A stretch of DNA of 64,000 nt, from positions 5,219 through 69,218 of the forward strand of contig JBJMOT010000116.1 in NCBI GenBank assembly GCA_045803585.1, written 5' to 3'. Below, piece after piece: positions 37,886-48,879 of this stretch. Source of the stretch: Gemmatimonadaceae bacterium (GTDB lineage: Bacteria; Gemmatimonadota; Gemmatimonadetes; Gemmatimonadales; Gemmatimonadaceae). The notes beneath the pieces were generated by a model. That model saw only the letters and a list, made by a program, of their open reading frames with translations, searched no databases and had not been told where the DNA came from. Both the position numbers and the translations under genes were made by a program. How positions within the stretch are numbered: the stretch's first letter is position 1; every line of letters begins with the position of its first letter.

Positions 37886-39421
37886 ATGAAGGTATTGGTG
37901 ACAGGAGGGACGGGGGTTGTCGGACGGGCGACCATTGCCGGACTCCTCGAGCAGGGCCATACGATCCGTCTATTGAGTCGGAACGCGGACGAAGACGCTC
38001 CGGAGTGGGTCGACCAGGTGGAGTTCTGGCCTGCCAGCATATCAGATGGCGCCGCGCTCCGGGGTTCTGCTGAAGGCTGCGACCTGGTCATCCACGTCGC
38101 AGGAGTCATGGAAGAATCGCCTCCAGACGTCACCTACGAGAGCGTCAACGTCGAAGGAACCCGACTGATTGTCCGCGAGGCCGAGCGATGCAAGGTCGGC
38201 CGATTCATATACATATCTTCTCTGGGGGCGGAAGCGGGTACCTCTCCTTATCACCGCTCCAAGCGCCGTGCGGAGGAGGTCGTGCGAGGTTTCGCCGGTG
38301 GCTGGATAATTCTGCGCCCTGGCAACGTGTACGGCCCTGGTGACGAGGTAATCTCGCGCCTTCTAACGATGGTGCGGTCACTACCAGTCATACCGGTGCT
38401 CGGAACCGGCGACGATCAGTTCCAACCGGTCTGGGTCGAAGATCTTGCAGCCGCCATTGTCGATGCCGTACGCCGCACAGATCTCCATGGCCGCACACTC
38501 GACCTCGCCGGTGAGGAGAAAATCAGCCTTAACGAGATGGTCGACGCGCTCGGCGAGATCACCGGCCGCACCCCGACTCGCGTTCCAATCCCGTCATTCC
38601 TCGCTTCTGCCGGGATAAGTCTGGCGGGACTGGTCGGCGTCAAAGTGCCTGTGACCGAGAGTCAGCTGACAATGCTGGCTGAGGGCAGCGTGATCAGGAC
38701 ACCCGGCACCAACGCGCTGACTTCAGTGTTTCGGATCAAGCCGACACCACTCGACAGCGGTCTGAGAAAGCTGGCCGATGGCATGCCGGAACAGACGCCC
38801 GATCAAGGTGTCGGGATGCTGAAGCGAAAGCGCTTCTGGCTCGAGATCGTAGGTAGCCCCCTCACACCGCAGGAGTTGTTTGCGCGGTTCAGGGTGCGGT
38901 TCGCCGAACTCGCTCCCGCCAGCATGAACCTCCGTGCGGAGCCGGGGACGCCATCAATGCTCGATCTCGGGACAACCATCACGATGGCGCTTCCAGTTCG
39001 CGGGAACGTTCAGGTCCGCGTCGAAAAACTCACATCGAATGAGGCCGTTCTGGTGACGGTTGCGGGCCACCCTCTGGCGGGCGCGATCAGGTTCCTTTCC
39101 GAGCAGATAAGCGATCGGATTCGGTTTCAGGTTCAGATCTACGACCGGCCTGCGAACCTCGCCGACTGGGTCGTGATGCGCACCGTTGGCGAAGGGATCC
39201 AGGCGTCTTCCTGGGAAGAGCTGTTGGAAGCAATTGTGCCCGAGAGCGGCGGAGCCGCGGTGTCTCCTATTAAACATGAAGAGGAGAGTCTGACGGAAGA
39301 CAGGGCGCTCCTCGTCGAGGCGTGGCTCAAGGATCTCATTACCGAGCGGAAGAGAGGCAGCCAGACCCGAAAGTCCACCTTTCACGTCACCCCGCAGACC
39401 GATCAAGCGTCCTTTAGTTAG
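37886..39421 (+). CDS. NAD(P)-binding SDR (NDUFA9-like) with extra C-terminal domain
   Basis: VLVTGGTGVVG, YHRSK, LRPGNVYGPGD, QPVWVEDLA; C-terminal GHPLAG region resembles DUF1990. Confidence 0.82.
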   Translation: MKVLVTGGTGVVGRATIAGLLEQGHTIRLLSRNADEDAPEWVDQVEFWPASISDGAALRGSAEGCDLVIHVAGVMEESPPDVTYESVNVEGTRLIVREAERCKVGRFIYISSLGAEAGTSPYHRSKRRAEEVVRGFAGGWIILRPGNVYGPGDEVISRLLTMVRSLPVIPVLGTGDDQFQPVWVEDLAAAIVDAVRRTDLHGRTLDLAGEEKISLNEMVDALGEITGRTPTRVPIPSFLASAGISLAGLVGVKVPVTESQLTMLAEGSVIRTPGTNALTSVFRIKPTPLDSGLRKLADGMPEQTPDQGVGMLKRKRFWLEIVGSPLTPQELFARFRVRFAELAPASMNLRAEPGTPSMLDLGTTITMALPVRGNVQVRVEKLTSNEAVLVTVAGHPLAGAIRFLSEQISDRIRFQVQIYDRPANLADWVVMRTVGEGIQASSWEELLEAIVPESGGAAVSPIKHEEESLTEDRALLVEAWLKDLITERKRGSQTRKSTFHVTPQTDQASFS

Positions 39422-39465
39422 CCCCCCAAAAAGGGGTTCTAGAGTGTTTCTCCAACGCTACGCTT

Positions 39466-41184
39466 ATGCATCTGCGGTCAATTCTGACAATCACCGCATT
39501 ATTCCTTGCCGGCGCTCGCACGAGCGCGCAGGAAGTGCGAATCGAAGTCTTCGAAGCCGGCACCGGTCAGCCGATAGTCGGCGCCAACGTCTCGCTCTAC
39601 GATTCAGCCGGAACGATTCCGCTCGGTGGTGGATTCAGCGATCAAAACGGGCGAACCGAACTGCGTGGACAAGGGAAGGGCGCATACCGCGTTAAGGCCG
39701 ACAAGGTCGGCTACGATACGTGGACATCCGTGCAACTGCTCCTCGGCGAAAAATCCGTGCTTGTTCGGGCGGCGATGGCTCCGACAAGAAATCCATCCAC
39801 CGTGGTCGCGCACAACGAGACTGCCTGCCAGCTGCTCACTGGCCCAGGCACCGCCGCCGGCGACCTGTGGGCTGAGATCAGGAAGGCGCTAACGGCAAGC
39901 GCCATGACCGAAGCGCAGGGACTCGTGCCGCTCGATGTCGACATATATGAGCGCGCGCTCGATCGGAACCTCGGAATCGTCGCCGAGCACGTGGAACAAC
40001 GGCCACGCATCGCGCGTCGTCCCGCGTTGGGGATCTCATGGGATCAGATAGACACGACTCGACGCGGTGACGCGTCGAGCACCGAAGTCTATAGAGCGCC
40101 CGATGCGGCAACGATTCTCTCCGATCAGTTCGTGAAATCACACTGCTACGCGGCAATTCGCGGCTATGGCGCCGAGATGGGACTGACCGGACTCGAATTC
40201 AAGCCGGCGCGCGTTGCGGGTCTGCCCGAGCTGACAGGCGTGCTGTGGCTGGATCCAAAGGACAATACGCTGCGCTCTCTCAATTTCGATTACATCAATC
40301 TTCCGATTCCGCTGAGAGTAGCGCGCACTACCGGCCGCCTCGAATTTCAGCAGTTGCCGAGCGGGCAGTGGATTGTGCCGCGCTGGTACATCAGAATGCC
40401 GCGAGTAGTGCGAGTCGCTTCAAACGATCCACGCATCCCTTCTCACGACAGTCTGCTCGGCTATCAGGAAGTGGGTGGTGCGGCGCGGCCAGCGGGCAGC
40501 GGGGCGACGGCACGCAACGCGTCAGCAACGACAGAAAATGTCGCGGACGTCGATTCACCGTCGACCGAGAATCACTCGTCGATCGTCGGGGTGGTGTTTG
40601 ACAGTACCACAGGCAGGGCATTGCCCGGGGTCATAGTCTCGCTCGCTGGTGGAAAATTCAGAACTACGACTAACTCTGGCGGCCGCTTCGAGCTGACTGT
40701 CGATGGCGCGATGAATGACACCCTGGTGTTCGAGCATCCACGCCTGAAACTGTTCCGCGTCCCCGAGAGAAAGCAGATCATTTCGATTCCGCCTGGTGCT
40801 CGTGGTCAGGCGCTGGTGCTGGTTCCTTCCTACGCAACTTTGCGCGGACGCCTTTGTGGTCGGAACGAGACGGGAACCGAGGCGCAGGGATTGATGGCCG
40901 GTTACGTGGTCGATGCGGCAGGGAAGCCGATTGGAGGCGCGCACGTTTGGGCATCGTGGGAGATCAACTGGGTCGAGCAGAACGGTCGACTCGTTTCGAC
41001 GAATCAGCAACGCACTGTTGAGACGAACACCAACAGCGACGGATCATATCTGATGTGCGGCCTCACTCGTGGCGCGCAGATAACGGCGAAAGTTGGAATC
41101 GCTGGTCGCAACACACTCGAGGACCGCCTGGTGGTACCGGCCACGCTCGTCCTGGAGCATGACTTCCGGTTCGGAGCGCGATAG
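39466..41184 (+). CDS. Secreted protein with carboxypeptidase-regulatory-like domains
   Basis: Signal peptide; three repeats of the G.V.D..TG.P..GA.V...T...G.F/Y pattern. Confidence 0.8.
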   Translation: MHLRSILTITALFLAGARTSAQEVRIEVFEAGTGQPIVGANVSLYDSAGTIPLGGGFSDQNGRTELRGQGKGAYRVKADKVGYDTWTSVQLLLGEKSVLVRAAMAPTRNPSTVVAHNETACQLLTGPGTAAGDLWAEIRKALTASAMTEAQGLVPLDVDIYERALDRNLGIVAEHVEQRPRIARRPALGISWDQIDTTRRGDASSTEVYRAPDAATILSDQFVKSHCYAAIRGYGAEMGLTGLEFKPARVAGLPELTGVLWLDPKDNTLRSLNFDYINLPIPLRVARTTGRLEFQQLPSGQWIVPRWYIRMPRVVRVASNDPRIPSHDSLLGYQEVGGAARPAGSGATARNASATTENVADVDSPSTENHSSIVGVVFDSTTGRALPGVIVSLAGGKFRTTTNSGGRFELTVDGAMNDTLVFEHPRLKLFRVPERKQIISIPPGARGQALVLVPSYATLRGRLCGRNETGTEAQGLMAGYVVDAAGKPIGGAHVWASWEINWVEQNGRLVSTNQQRTVETNTNSDGSYLMCGLTRGAQITAKVGIAGRNTLEDRLVVPATLVLEHDFRFGAR

Positions 41185-41207
41185 CTGCGAAGCGGAAGAC
41201 TGGCGAG

Positions 41208-41579
41208 TCAGTCGCCGGTCGGGACGATCGCCGCTCCTTCGACCATCAGGATGATCGCGCGCTCGTTCGCGCGCGTGCGATGGACGATGCCCTTCGGCAC
41301 CACGAAGCCCTGCCGTTCGGAGAGCTCGACGGTGCGATCCTCGAGGTCGATGAGAAACTTTCCTTCGACCACATAGAAAAACTCATCGAGATCGTCGTGC
41401 TTGTGCCAGTGGTATTCGCCTTTGACGACGCCGAGCCTGACGACGGAATCGTTGACCTTGCACAAGGTCTGGTTGTACCACTCGTCGCGCACCGCGTCTA
41501 TTAAAGCAGGACCGTCGATGACTTCCAGCGGCGGATACCTGACATCGAGATGGGTCGCGTAAGGGAATTCTGGAGTCAT
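41208..41579 (-). CDS. Cupin domain protein
   Basis: GEYHWHKHDDLDEFFYVVEG, VVPKGIVHR. Confidence 0.9.
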   Translation of the reverse strand: MTPEFPYATHLDVRYPPLEVIDGPALIDAVRDEWYNQTLCKVNDSVVRLGVVKGEYHWHKHDDLDEFFYVVEGKFLIDLEDRTVELSERQGFVVPKGIVHRTRANERAIILMVEGAAIVPTGD

Positions 41580-41742
41580 GCTGAAACAATAAACCCTTAC
41601 GAGCACGTAGGTGTCTGATAGTTCGTAGCACCATGCAAACGGCCTTCGTGCCGCTGAGCTAGCGCACCCCGAGCGATCGCAGACGCTCTGACCTACACGC
41701 GGCCCCTGTGGAGACAGCCCTCTTCACAGGGGCACTCTGCAT

Positions 41743-42234
41743 CTAATGACGCCGGTGGTCGCTATGACATACCATGTCTATAACGACCGCGCTGGCGAGA
41801 ATGAGAACGGTATCCTCTCCGTCGGCGACATCTATCCCGTAAGTGTCAGTCCAGCTGAACCATTTCTTGGACGCCGTGGCAACGACGCGATCTCCACGAG
41901 TGAAGGTGTACTCACGGTCCAGGAAATTGCCCTCTGCCTCGAGATCATCGGGACCCGGTACGTCGACGGTGAAGCGATGATGGATGAACGAGAAAAGCTC
42001 GCGCTTGACTACCGCGAGCAGATCGGCGCCGCGCCACAGCTCATAGGTCGGCCCCCAGTTGAGGAGCCGCTGATCGATGAACACGAGCTCGTTCCCTTCA
42101 GTGTCCTGAAAGGAAAGCTTGTCGCCGAAGCTGAACAGCTTGCCTTTCACGAAATACACGTCCTTTTCGGTCTCGTCCTTGATCGAGAAGGAATCCGCAA
42201 GGGAAAAGAGCTTCTGACTCATGACATAGCGCAT
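41743..42234 (-). CDS. LURP-one/scramblase (Tubby C 2) family protein
   Basis: QKLFSLADSF, GNFLDREY, KKWFSWTDTYG. Confidence 0.88.
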   Translation of the reverse strand: MRYVMSQKLFSLADSFSIKDETEKDVYFVKGKLFSFGDKLSFQDTEGNELVFIDQRLLNWGPTYELWRGADLLAVVKRELFSFIHHRFTVDVPGPDDLEAEGNFLDREYTFTRGDRVVATASKKWFSWTDTYGIDVADGEDTVLILASAVVIDMVCHSDHRRH

Positions 42235-42237
42235 CGG

Positions 42238-42768
42238 TTATTGCCTCACATCGCGTTGTAGAACCCTGAAGTAAGCCGTCCACGGTCCGACAGCTTCTGT
42301 GTACGCCCGCGTCATCGTCCGCGTGATCTGTGCGATGTGCGACAGATCGTGGACCACCCAGGTTGCGAGGAGCTGGCGCATCGTCACGTCGCCGAACTCG
42401 GGATGTTCGCCAGTCAGCTCCATGTCCTTCTCTTTGAGGTTCCAGCCGCGCAGCGTCGCGACGTTCTGGGCGCGCAAAGTTTCGAATTCAGACAACAGGT
42501 CGCGCAGCGGACGCGGTGTCTTGATGTCGGCGAACCGGTCGAATGGCTCAAATCGGCGATATTTTTCCTGCCTGAGAATGATTCGCGCCCGGGGAATCCA
42601 GTCGGTCTGTTCACCGTTTATAAGATGCGCGACGACCTCGCGCGGGCTCCAGGTGTCCAGCCCTTCGTCGACACGCGTCCATTTCTCCGGTAGATCGCAA
42701 AGCAACTCCGAGATCACCGAAGGCGTGCGCTCGAGAATCGGAATAGCTTCTTCGAGGTCAAAATCCAT
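42238..42768 (-). CDS. DinB family protein
   Basis: WSPREVVAHL, GEHPEFG, WVVHDLSHIAQI. Confidence 0.88.
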   Translation of the reverse strand: MDFDLEEAIPILERTPSVISELLCDLPEKWTRVDEGLDTWSPREVVAHLINGEQTDWIPRARIILRQEKYRRFEPFDRFADIKTPRPLRDLLSEFETLRAQNVATLRGWNLKEKDMELTGEHPEFGDVTMRQLLATWVVHDLSHIAQITRTMTRAYTEAVGPWTAYFRVLQRDVRQ

Positions 42769-42896
42769 CCGTCACTCCATATTCGACTGCCAGGTCGAAT
42801 GATACGCTACCGCCGCACTCTCAACTACTTTTCTGTCTCACCCGTAACTTCGGCGGGAGCAGTCGGCCCACCGATCGTGACCCCAGTGGAGCGAGA

Positions 42897-44963
42897 ATGA
42901 AAGAACGAATGCTGATGTGCGTCGCCGGTTTGTTGCTCCTCGTCTCAGCGCACGACTTGTCGGCGCAGGCCACCGCGACTGCTCCTCCGCCGTCGACCCG
43001 CGCCCAGGCCGGAGCCGTCGTCAGGGCTCCGGAGCGCGCAGTCCGGCGCGACATACCGATGACCAACATGATTCGGCGAGCCTTTGCAGCGGGCACACGT
43101 GATTCGACAGGGCGTCCGGGGCGCAATTACTGGCAGCTATGGACCGATTACAAGATCACCGCGCGCCTGGATTCAGCGACCCAGACAGTTTCCGGTCATG
43201 AAGTAGTCACCTTTCGCAACAACAGTGACTCGGCGATGAGCTCTGTTGTTCTGCGACTGGACCAGAACGTCTTCAGAGCGGACGCCCCGCGCGTTCCTCC
43301 CAGAATGGATGATGTCACCAACGGCATGATCGTCTCGCGACTGGCCGTCAACGGCCAGCCACTGCCGGTGGCTGACACACGCGGGGATTCAATTCCCAAC
43401 ACGCGCCGCCGCACGACGCCATTATCGCAGGTTCTCCGTGAGACCTCGGCTCGCATTCGCCTGCCGGCGCCGATTCCTGCCCATGGCAGCGGAACGGTCG
43501 AGGCGGACTGGAGCTTCAAGGTTCCACGGTTCGAAGGCCGCGGATATCGCATGGGACGCTGGGCCGACACGCTCTATCAGGTCGCGCAATGGTACCCACG
43601 CGTCGCCGTCTTCGACGACTTGCGGGGATGGGACACCGATCCGTACATGGGCGACGGAGAGTTCTATAACAACTTCGGACATTTCGATGTCAGCATCGAT
43701 GTTCCATCGGGGTGGATAGTTGGAGCAACCGGCGTCCTCCAGAATCCGGCAGAGGTGCTGACTCCGACCGCGAGAGAGCGCTTGTCGCGCGTGCTTCAGT
43801 CAGACTCCACAGTAAGAATCGTTACCGCCGCGGAGCGTGGCGCGGGGAAGGCGACAGCTTCCGGAACGAACGGCAGACTCGTTTGGCACTTCGTTGCGGA
43901 CACCGTTGGAGATTTCGCCTGGGCGACGGCTAATCAATTCGTGTGGGACGCCGGTCATGCGAACATCCCGGCGCGCGGTGCCGTGCCGTTCAACATCATG
44001 TATTTGCCGGGACACGCGCAGGCTTTCGCCGAAGGCCCGCACGTCGTCCAGCACGCGCTCGAGTATTACTCGAAGCTCTGGATGCCGTACACCTTCCCGC
44101 AGCTCACCATGGTCGACGGCCCCGAGCTGGGAATGGAGTATCCGATGTTCATCATGTCCGCCGTATTCGCTGCCGATCACGAAGTCGGACATGAGTGGTG
44201 GCCGATGATGGTCGGCGTCAATGAGACATGGTACGGTTGGATGGACGAAGGCTTCAATCAGTACATGAACATTCTTTCGGACGCCGACATCGCCGGGAAG
44301 CCGTACGTGCTGGATAGCCTCGGGATGTCCTACGGTTCCGTGAGCGGAAATGAGATGGAGCCGCCGCTGATGTGGGACGGCAACTTCGCGGGCCCGATGT
44401 ACGGATTCCAGGCCTACGGAAAAGCGCCGCTCATGCTTTCTGCCCTCGGCGGTGTCGTCGGCGATTCGGCTGTGTGGCGGGCGATGAGCGATTACGCAAA
44501 GGTTTGGCGATTCAAGCATCCGTCCCCTTGGGACTACGCGTTCTTCATGGACAACGCGCTGCATCAGGACCTGGGGTGGTTCTGGTACTACTGGCTCTTC
44601 ACCACCGAGCGAGTCGATGAATCGATTCAGGGCGTCCGCACCACCGGCGGCCGAACACTGGTAACCGTGCGCCAGGACGGCGAGATGCCATCCCCAATCA
44701 TTCTGAAGGTGCAGTTTGCTCCGAGCGGTGCGGCCATCAAACCAATCGCGAACAGCAAAATGGTAGATGCCAACACCGCGATCGTCACCTACCCCGCTGA
44801 TGTGTGGTTTGGCGGAAGTCGCACTTTTGTCGCCAATCTGGATTTCGGAGCCCGGCCCATCACGAAAATCACACTTGATCCGAACGACAGATTTCCCGAC
44901 CGGAATGCAGGTGACAACGTCTGGCCGCGCGACCCGTCGGTCATAACACCGACTGGTAACTGA
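42897..44963 (+). CDS. Exported M1 family metallopeptidase
   Basis: GMEYP, HEVGHEWW followed by MDEG (HExxH-x18-E). Confidence 0.88.
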   Translation: MKERMLMCVAGLLLLVSAHDLSAQATATAPPPSTRAQAGAVVRAPERAVRRDIPMTNMIRRAFAAGTRDSTGRPGRNYWQLWTDYKITARLDSATQTVSGHEVVTFRNNSDSAMSSVVLRLDQNVFRADAPRVPPRMDDVTNGMIVSRLAVNGQPLPVADTRGDSIPNTRRRTTPLSQVLRETSARIRLPAPIPAHGSGTVEADWSFKVPRFEGRGYRMGRWADTLYQVAQWYPRVAVFDDLRGWDTDPYMGDGEFYNNFGHFDVSIDVPSGWIVGATGVLQNPAEVLTPTARERLSRVLQSDSTVRIVTAAERGAGKATASGTNGRLVWHFVADTVGDFAWATANQFVWDAGHANIPARGAVPFNIMYLPGHAQAFAEGPHVVQHALEYYSKLWMPYTFPQLTMVDGPELGMEYPMFIMSAVFAADHEVGHEWWPMMVGVNETWYGWMDEGFNQYMNILSDADIAGKPYVLDSLGMSYGSVSGNEMEPPLMWDGNFAGPMYGFQAYGKAPLMLSALGGVVGDSAVWRAMSDYAKVWRFKHPSPWDYAFFMDNALHQDLGWFWYYWLFTTERVDESIQGVRTTGGRTLVTVRQDGEMPSPIILKVQFAPSGAAIKPIANSKMVDANTAIVTYPADVWFGGSRTFVANLDFGARPITKITLDPNDRFPDRNAGDNVWPRDPSVITPTGN

Positions 44964-44965
44964 CG

Positions 44966-47179
44966 ATGTGCAAAACACGTCTGGGTGGCTATGCGATTCT
45001 CACCATGGCGATCGCGCTGTTCTCGTTGTCCGCGGCTGCGCAGCAGGCACCTACCGTAACCGCTGCCGATTACGCGCGCGCGGAAAAGTTTCTTCGTGAG
45101 AGCGTCATTCCTCTCGTGTCTGGAGTCGTCACGCAGCCGGTTTGGCTGAGTGGCGAACGGATTGGCTATCGCAGTCCGGCCCGCGGCGGCGGCAGCCAGT
45201 TCATCCTCGTCGATCCGTCGAAAGGCACGCGCGTCGTCTGCAGCCCCGAGACGGATCGTTGCGGGGGAGCGCTCGACCCGCGTGAGGTTAGCCGTCTCAT
45301 GCCCGGACAACGGGGGGGTGGAGGACGGCCCGAGTCGATCTCACCTGATGGAAAAAAAGCGGCGTTCATTCGCGGCTTTAATCTTTGGATGCGCGATGTC
45401 GCGACCGGCCGCGAAACGCAGCTCACCAGCGATGGTCAAAAGGATTTCGGCTACGCCACCGACAACGCCGGCTGGGTAAGAAGCGATCGACCTGTGATGG
45501 TCTGGTCCCCGGACTCGCGCCGGATTGCCACTTTCCAGCAGGATGAGCGGAACGTCGGCGATATGTATCTCGTCACCACCAAGGTCGGTCATCCGGAGCT
45601 GCAGGCGTGGAAGTATCCTCTGCCCGGCGACAGCGTGATCGCCATGATCCAGCGAGTGGTGATTGATGTCGATGCTCCGCGAGTCACCAGGCTGCAGATG
45701 CCGCCGGATGCACATCGATCGACGCTGTGCGATCATGTGGTCTGCCGAAACGGCGAAGGCTGGACCGACGTGCAATGGTATCCGGATGCATCGCATGTGG
45801 CGTTCGTGTCCACATCGCGCGACCACAAGCACGAAGTGCTGCGCGTTGCCGACGCGAGTACCGGAGCCGTGCGGGATGTGTTGCGCGAAGACGTTGCGAC
45901 CCAATACGAATCTGGAAACGGCGCGGTGAACTGGCGCGTTTTACCGGCCTCGAATGAAGTGATCTGGTTCTCGGAGCGCGATGACTGGGGTCAGCTCTAT
46001 CTCTACGACCTCGGCACCGGCCAGCAAAAAAACAAGATCACCAACGGTGAGGGGAACGTCGGCCAGATCCGGCGGGTCGATGAAAAAAGCCGAACGATTT
46101 ATTTCGTCGGCAACGCAAAGGAGCGCGGTCGCGATCCTTATTTCCGGGATTTCTACAAAATCCGCATGGACGGAACGGGCCTCGCCCTGCTCACGCCGGA
46201 AGATGCAGATCACGACATCTCGCTCGCGCCGTCGGGCCAGTATTTCCTGGACAGCTATTCGCGACCCGAGGTCCCTCCAGTCACGGTAGTGCGCGATCTC
46301 GACGGCAAGCGGCTCACGACGCTCGAAACAGCGGACATTTCACGTCTGACCGCGACCGGCTGGAAGCCGCCGATGCCGATCACTGTCAAGGCTCGCGACG
46401 GCAAGACGGATCTCTACGGTCTGATGTACGTGCCGACGAATCTCGATCGGTCGAGAAAATATCCGATCGTCAATCACATCTATCCGGGTCCGCAGACGGG
46501 TAGCGTCGGCGGTCGCAGCTTCTCTCCTGCCCGTGGCGATGCGCAGGCGCTCGCCGAGCTCGGCTTCGTGGTGGTTGAGATCGATGGCATGGGCACGCCG
46601 TGGAGATCGAAGTCGTTTCACGACGCCTACTACGCCAAGATGGGCGATAACACTTTGCCCGATCAGGTCGCCGCTATGAAGGAGCTCGCCCAGCGATTTC
46701 CCTACATCGATATAAATCGTGCCGGCATCTATGGACACTCGGGCGGTGGGTTCGCCGCCGCCGACGCGATGTTCCGGTACCCGGATTTCTTCAAAGTCGG
46801 AATCTCCGAGGCCGGTAATCACGATCAGCGCGAGTACGAGGACGATTGGGGTGAGCGTTACCAGGGATTGCTGACGCGCGCGCCGGATGGCTCGGACAGC
46901 TATGCGCCCGAGGCGAACCAGATCAATGCGAAGAATCTGAAAGGCAAGCTACTCCTCGCCCACGGAACGACGGACGACAACGTCCCGCCCTACAACACGC
47001 TACTCGTCGTCAACGAGCTGATTCGCGCAAACAAGGATTTCGATTTGCTGCTGCTTCCGAACCGCGCTCACGGCTTTGGAAACGAGCCGTACATGGTGCG
47101 CCGCAGGTGGGACTATTTCGTCAAGAATCTCCTCGGAGCGGAGCCACCGAAAGAGTACCAGATCGGAGGAGCGCGATAG
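44966..47179 (+). CDS. S9 family dipeptidyl-peptidase IV-like protein
   Basis: DPP IV N-terminal propeller, GHSGGG nucleophile, DDNV, C-terminal His. Confidence 0.92.
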   Translation: MCKTRLGGYAILTMAIALFSLSAAAQQAPTVTAADYARAEKFLRESVIPLVSGVVTQPVWLSGERIGYRSPARGGGSQFILVDPSKGTRVVCSPETDRCGGALDPREVSRLMPGQRGGGGRPESISPDGKKAAFIRGFNLWMRDVATGRETQLTSDGQKDFGYATDNAGWVRSDRPVMVWSPDSRRIATFQQDERNVGDMYLVTTKVGHPELQAWKYPLPGDSVIAMIQRVVIDVDAPRVTRLQMPPDAHRSTLCDHVVCRNGEGWTDVQWYPDASHVAFVSTSRDHKHEVLRVADASTGAVRDVLREDVATQYESGNGAVNWRVLPASNEVIWFSERDDWGQLYLYDLGTGQQKNKITNGEGNVGQIRRVDEKSRTIYFVGNAKERGRDPYFRDFYKIRMDGTGLALLTPEDADHDISLAPSGQYFLDSYSRPEVPPVTVVRDLDGKRLTTLETADISRLTATGWKPPMPITVKARDGKTDLYGLMYVPTNLDRSRKYPIVNHIYPGPQTGSVGGRSFSPARGDAQALAELGFVVVEIDGMGTPWRSKSFHDAYYAKMGDNTLPDQVAAMKELAQRFPYIDINRAGIYGHSGGGFAAADAMFRYPDFFKVGISEAGNHDQREYEDDWGERYQGLLTRAPDGSDSYAPEANQINAKNLKGKLLLAHGTTDDNVPPYNTLLVVNELIRANKDFDLLLLPNRAHGFGNEPYMVRRRWDYFVKNLLGAEPPKEYQIGGAR

Positions 47180-48879
47180 TGAAACGACCCGCCGACGGCC
47201 TCTGGCCGGTAGTCGTATGTGGCCTCTTAGTCTTAAGCGCCTCGAACATCTCTGCCCAAACGCAAACCGTATTCACTCACGCCGACACCATCCGCGGCTC
47301 GAACACGCCCCAGCGCTCCTGGTGGGATGCGACTTTCTACGATCTCCACGTCAAAGTAAATCCGACTGACAGCAGCATCGTCGGCCACAACGCTATCACC
47401 TACCGCGTCATCAAGCCCGCGCGGGAGATGCAGATCGATCTGCAGCTGCCGCTCGTTGTAGACAGCATCGTGCAGGACGGAGTCGAGCTGAGCGCGCGTC
47501 GCGACAGCAACGCGTTCTTCGTCACGCTCGTCGCGCCCCAGAAGGCGGGCGCGAGAAAAACGATCTCGGTCTACTATCACGGCAAACCAACAGTCGCCAC
47601 TCGTCCCCCGTGGGACGGCGGATTCGTCTGGGCTACCGACAGTCTCGGCCGCAAATGGGTCGTCACCGCCAACGAAGGACTTGGCGCCAGCGTCTGGTGG
47701 CCGAACAAGGATCTGCTCGCCGACGAGCCGGACAGCCAGCGAATCGCGATCACAATGCCCGATTCTCTGTTCGATGTGTCGAACGGGCGGCTGCGCAACA
47801 CCACGGCAAATGCGGATGGAAGCACCACCCACGAGTGGTTCGTGAAGAATCCGATCAACAATTACGACGTCGCCGTCAACGCCGGACACTACGCGCATTT
47901 CAGTGACACCTATCAGGGCGAGAAGGGAAATCTCAGCCTCGACTTTTACCCGATCGATTATCACGTCGACACCGCGAGAAAGCAGTTTCAGCAGGTGAAG
48001 CCGATGCTTCAGTGCTTCGAGAGCTGGTTCGGTCCCTACCCGTGGTACGAGGACGGCTACAAGCTCGTCGAGACTCCACACCTCGGCATGGAGCACCAGA
48101 GCGCCGTCGCTTACGGGAATCACTACCTGAACGGCTACCTCGGTCGCGATCGGTCAGCGACTGGGCACGGACTCCTCTGGGATTTCATCATCATCCATGA
48201 GAGCGCGCACGAGTGGTGGGGCAACAACATCACGATGAAGGACCAGGCGGACATGTGGATCCACGAGAGCTTCGCCACTTACGCCGAGGGGCTTTTCACC
48301 GAGTGCCAGCAGGGGAAAAAAGCGGGCGCCGAATACACCATCGGCCAGCGCAAGATCGTTCGGAACGATAAGCCGATCATCCCTGCCTACGGCGTGAACG
48401 CGGAAGGCTCCGGCGACATGTACGACAAGGGCGGCAACATGCTGCACACCATTCGCCAACTCGTCGACGACGACACACGGTGGCGCGGCATCCTCCGCGG
48501 ACTCAATAAGACATTCTGGCACCAGACTGTGACTGGCAAACAGGTCGAGGATTACATCAGCCGTGAGTCGGGCATGAATCTGAGCAAGGTCTTCGACGAA
48601 TATCTGCGAACCGCCACGATCCCCGTTCTCGAGTACAAGCTCGAGGGGCAGAAGCTTTCGTACAGGTGGACCAACGTCGTCCGCGGATTTGCGATGCCCG
48701 TCAAGGTGACGACCACGACCGGCAAGCTTGGATGGATCCGTCCGACCGAGACCTGGAAATCATCTGCAGTGAAACTGGACCGGCCTGAGGATTTCCGCGT
48801 CGACGAAAATTTCTACGTCAACACACGGGATATCCTCAAGCCGGTCGCCGATTCAACTACCGGCCGTAGAGCCCAGTAA
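47179..48879 (+). CDS. Exported M1 family aminopeptidase
   Basis: GMEHQ, HESAHEWWGN...WIHES, YDKG; GTG start overlapping the upstream TAG with GGAGG RBS. Confidence 0.9.
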   Translation: MKRPADGLWPVVVCGLLVLSASNISAQTQTVFTHADTIRGSNTPQRSWWDATFYDLHVKVNPTDSSIVGHNAITYRVIKPAREMQIDLQLPLVVDSIVQDGVELSARRDSNAFFVTLVAPQKAGARKTISVYYHGKPTVATRPPWDGGFVWATDSLGRKWVVTANEGLGASVWWPNKDLLADEPDSQRIAITMPDSLFDVSNGRLRNTTANADGSTTHEWFVKNPINNYDVAVNAGHYAHFSDTYQGEKGNLSLDFYPIDYHVDTARKQFQQVKPMLQCFESWFGPYPWYEDGYKLVETPHLGMEHQSAVAYGNHYLNGYLGRDRSATGHGLLWDFIIIHESAHEWWGNNITMKDQADMWIHESFATYAEGLFTECQQGKKAGAEYTIGQRKIVRNDKPIIPAYGVNAEGSGDMYDKGGNMLHTIRQLVDDDTRWRGILRGLNKTFWHQTVTGKQVEDYISRESGMNLSKVFDEYLRTATIPVLEYKLEGQKLSYRWTNVVRGFAMPVKVTTTTGKLGWIRPTETWKSSAVKLDRPEDFRVDENFYVNTRDILKPVADSTTGRRAQ

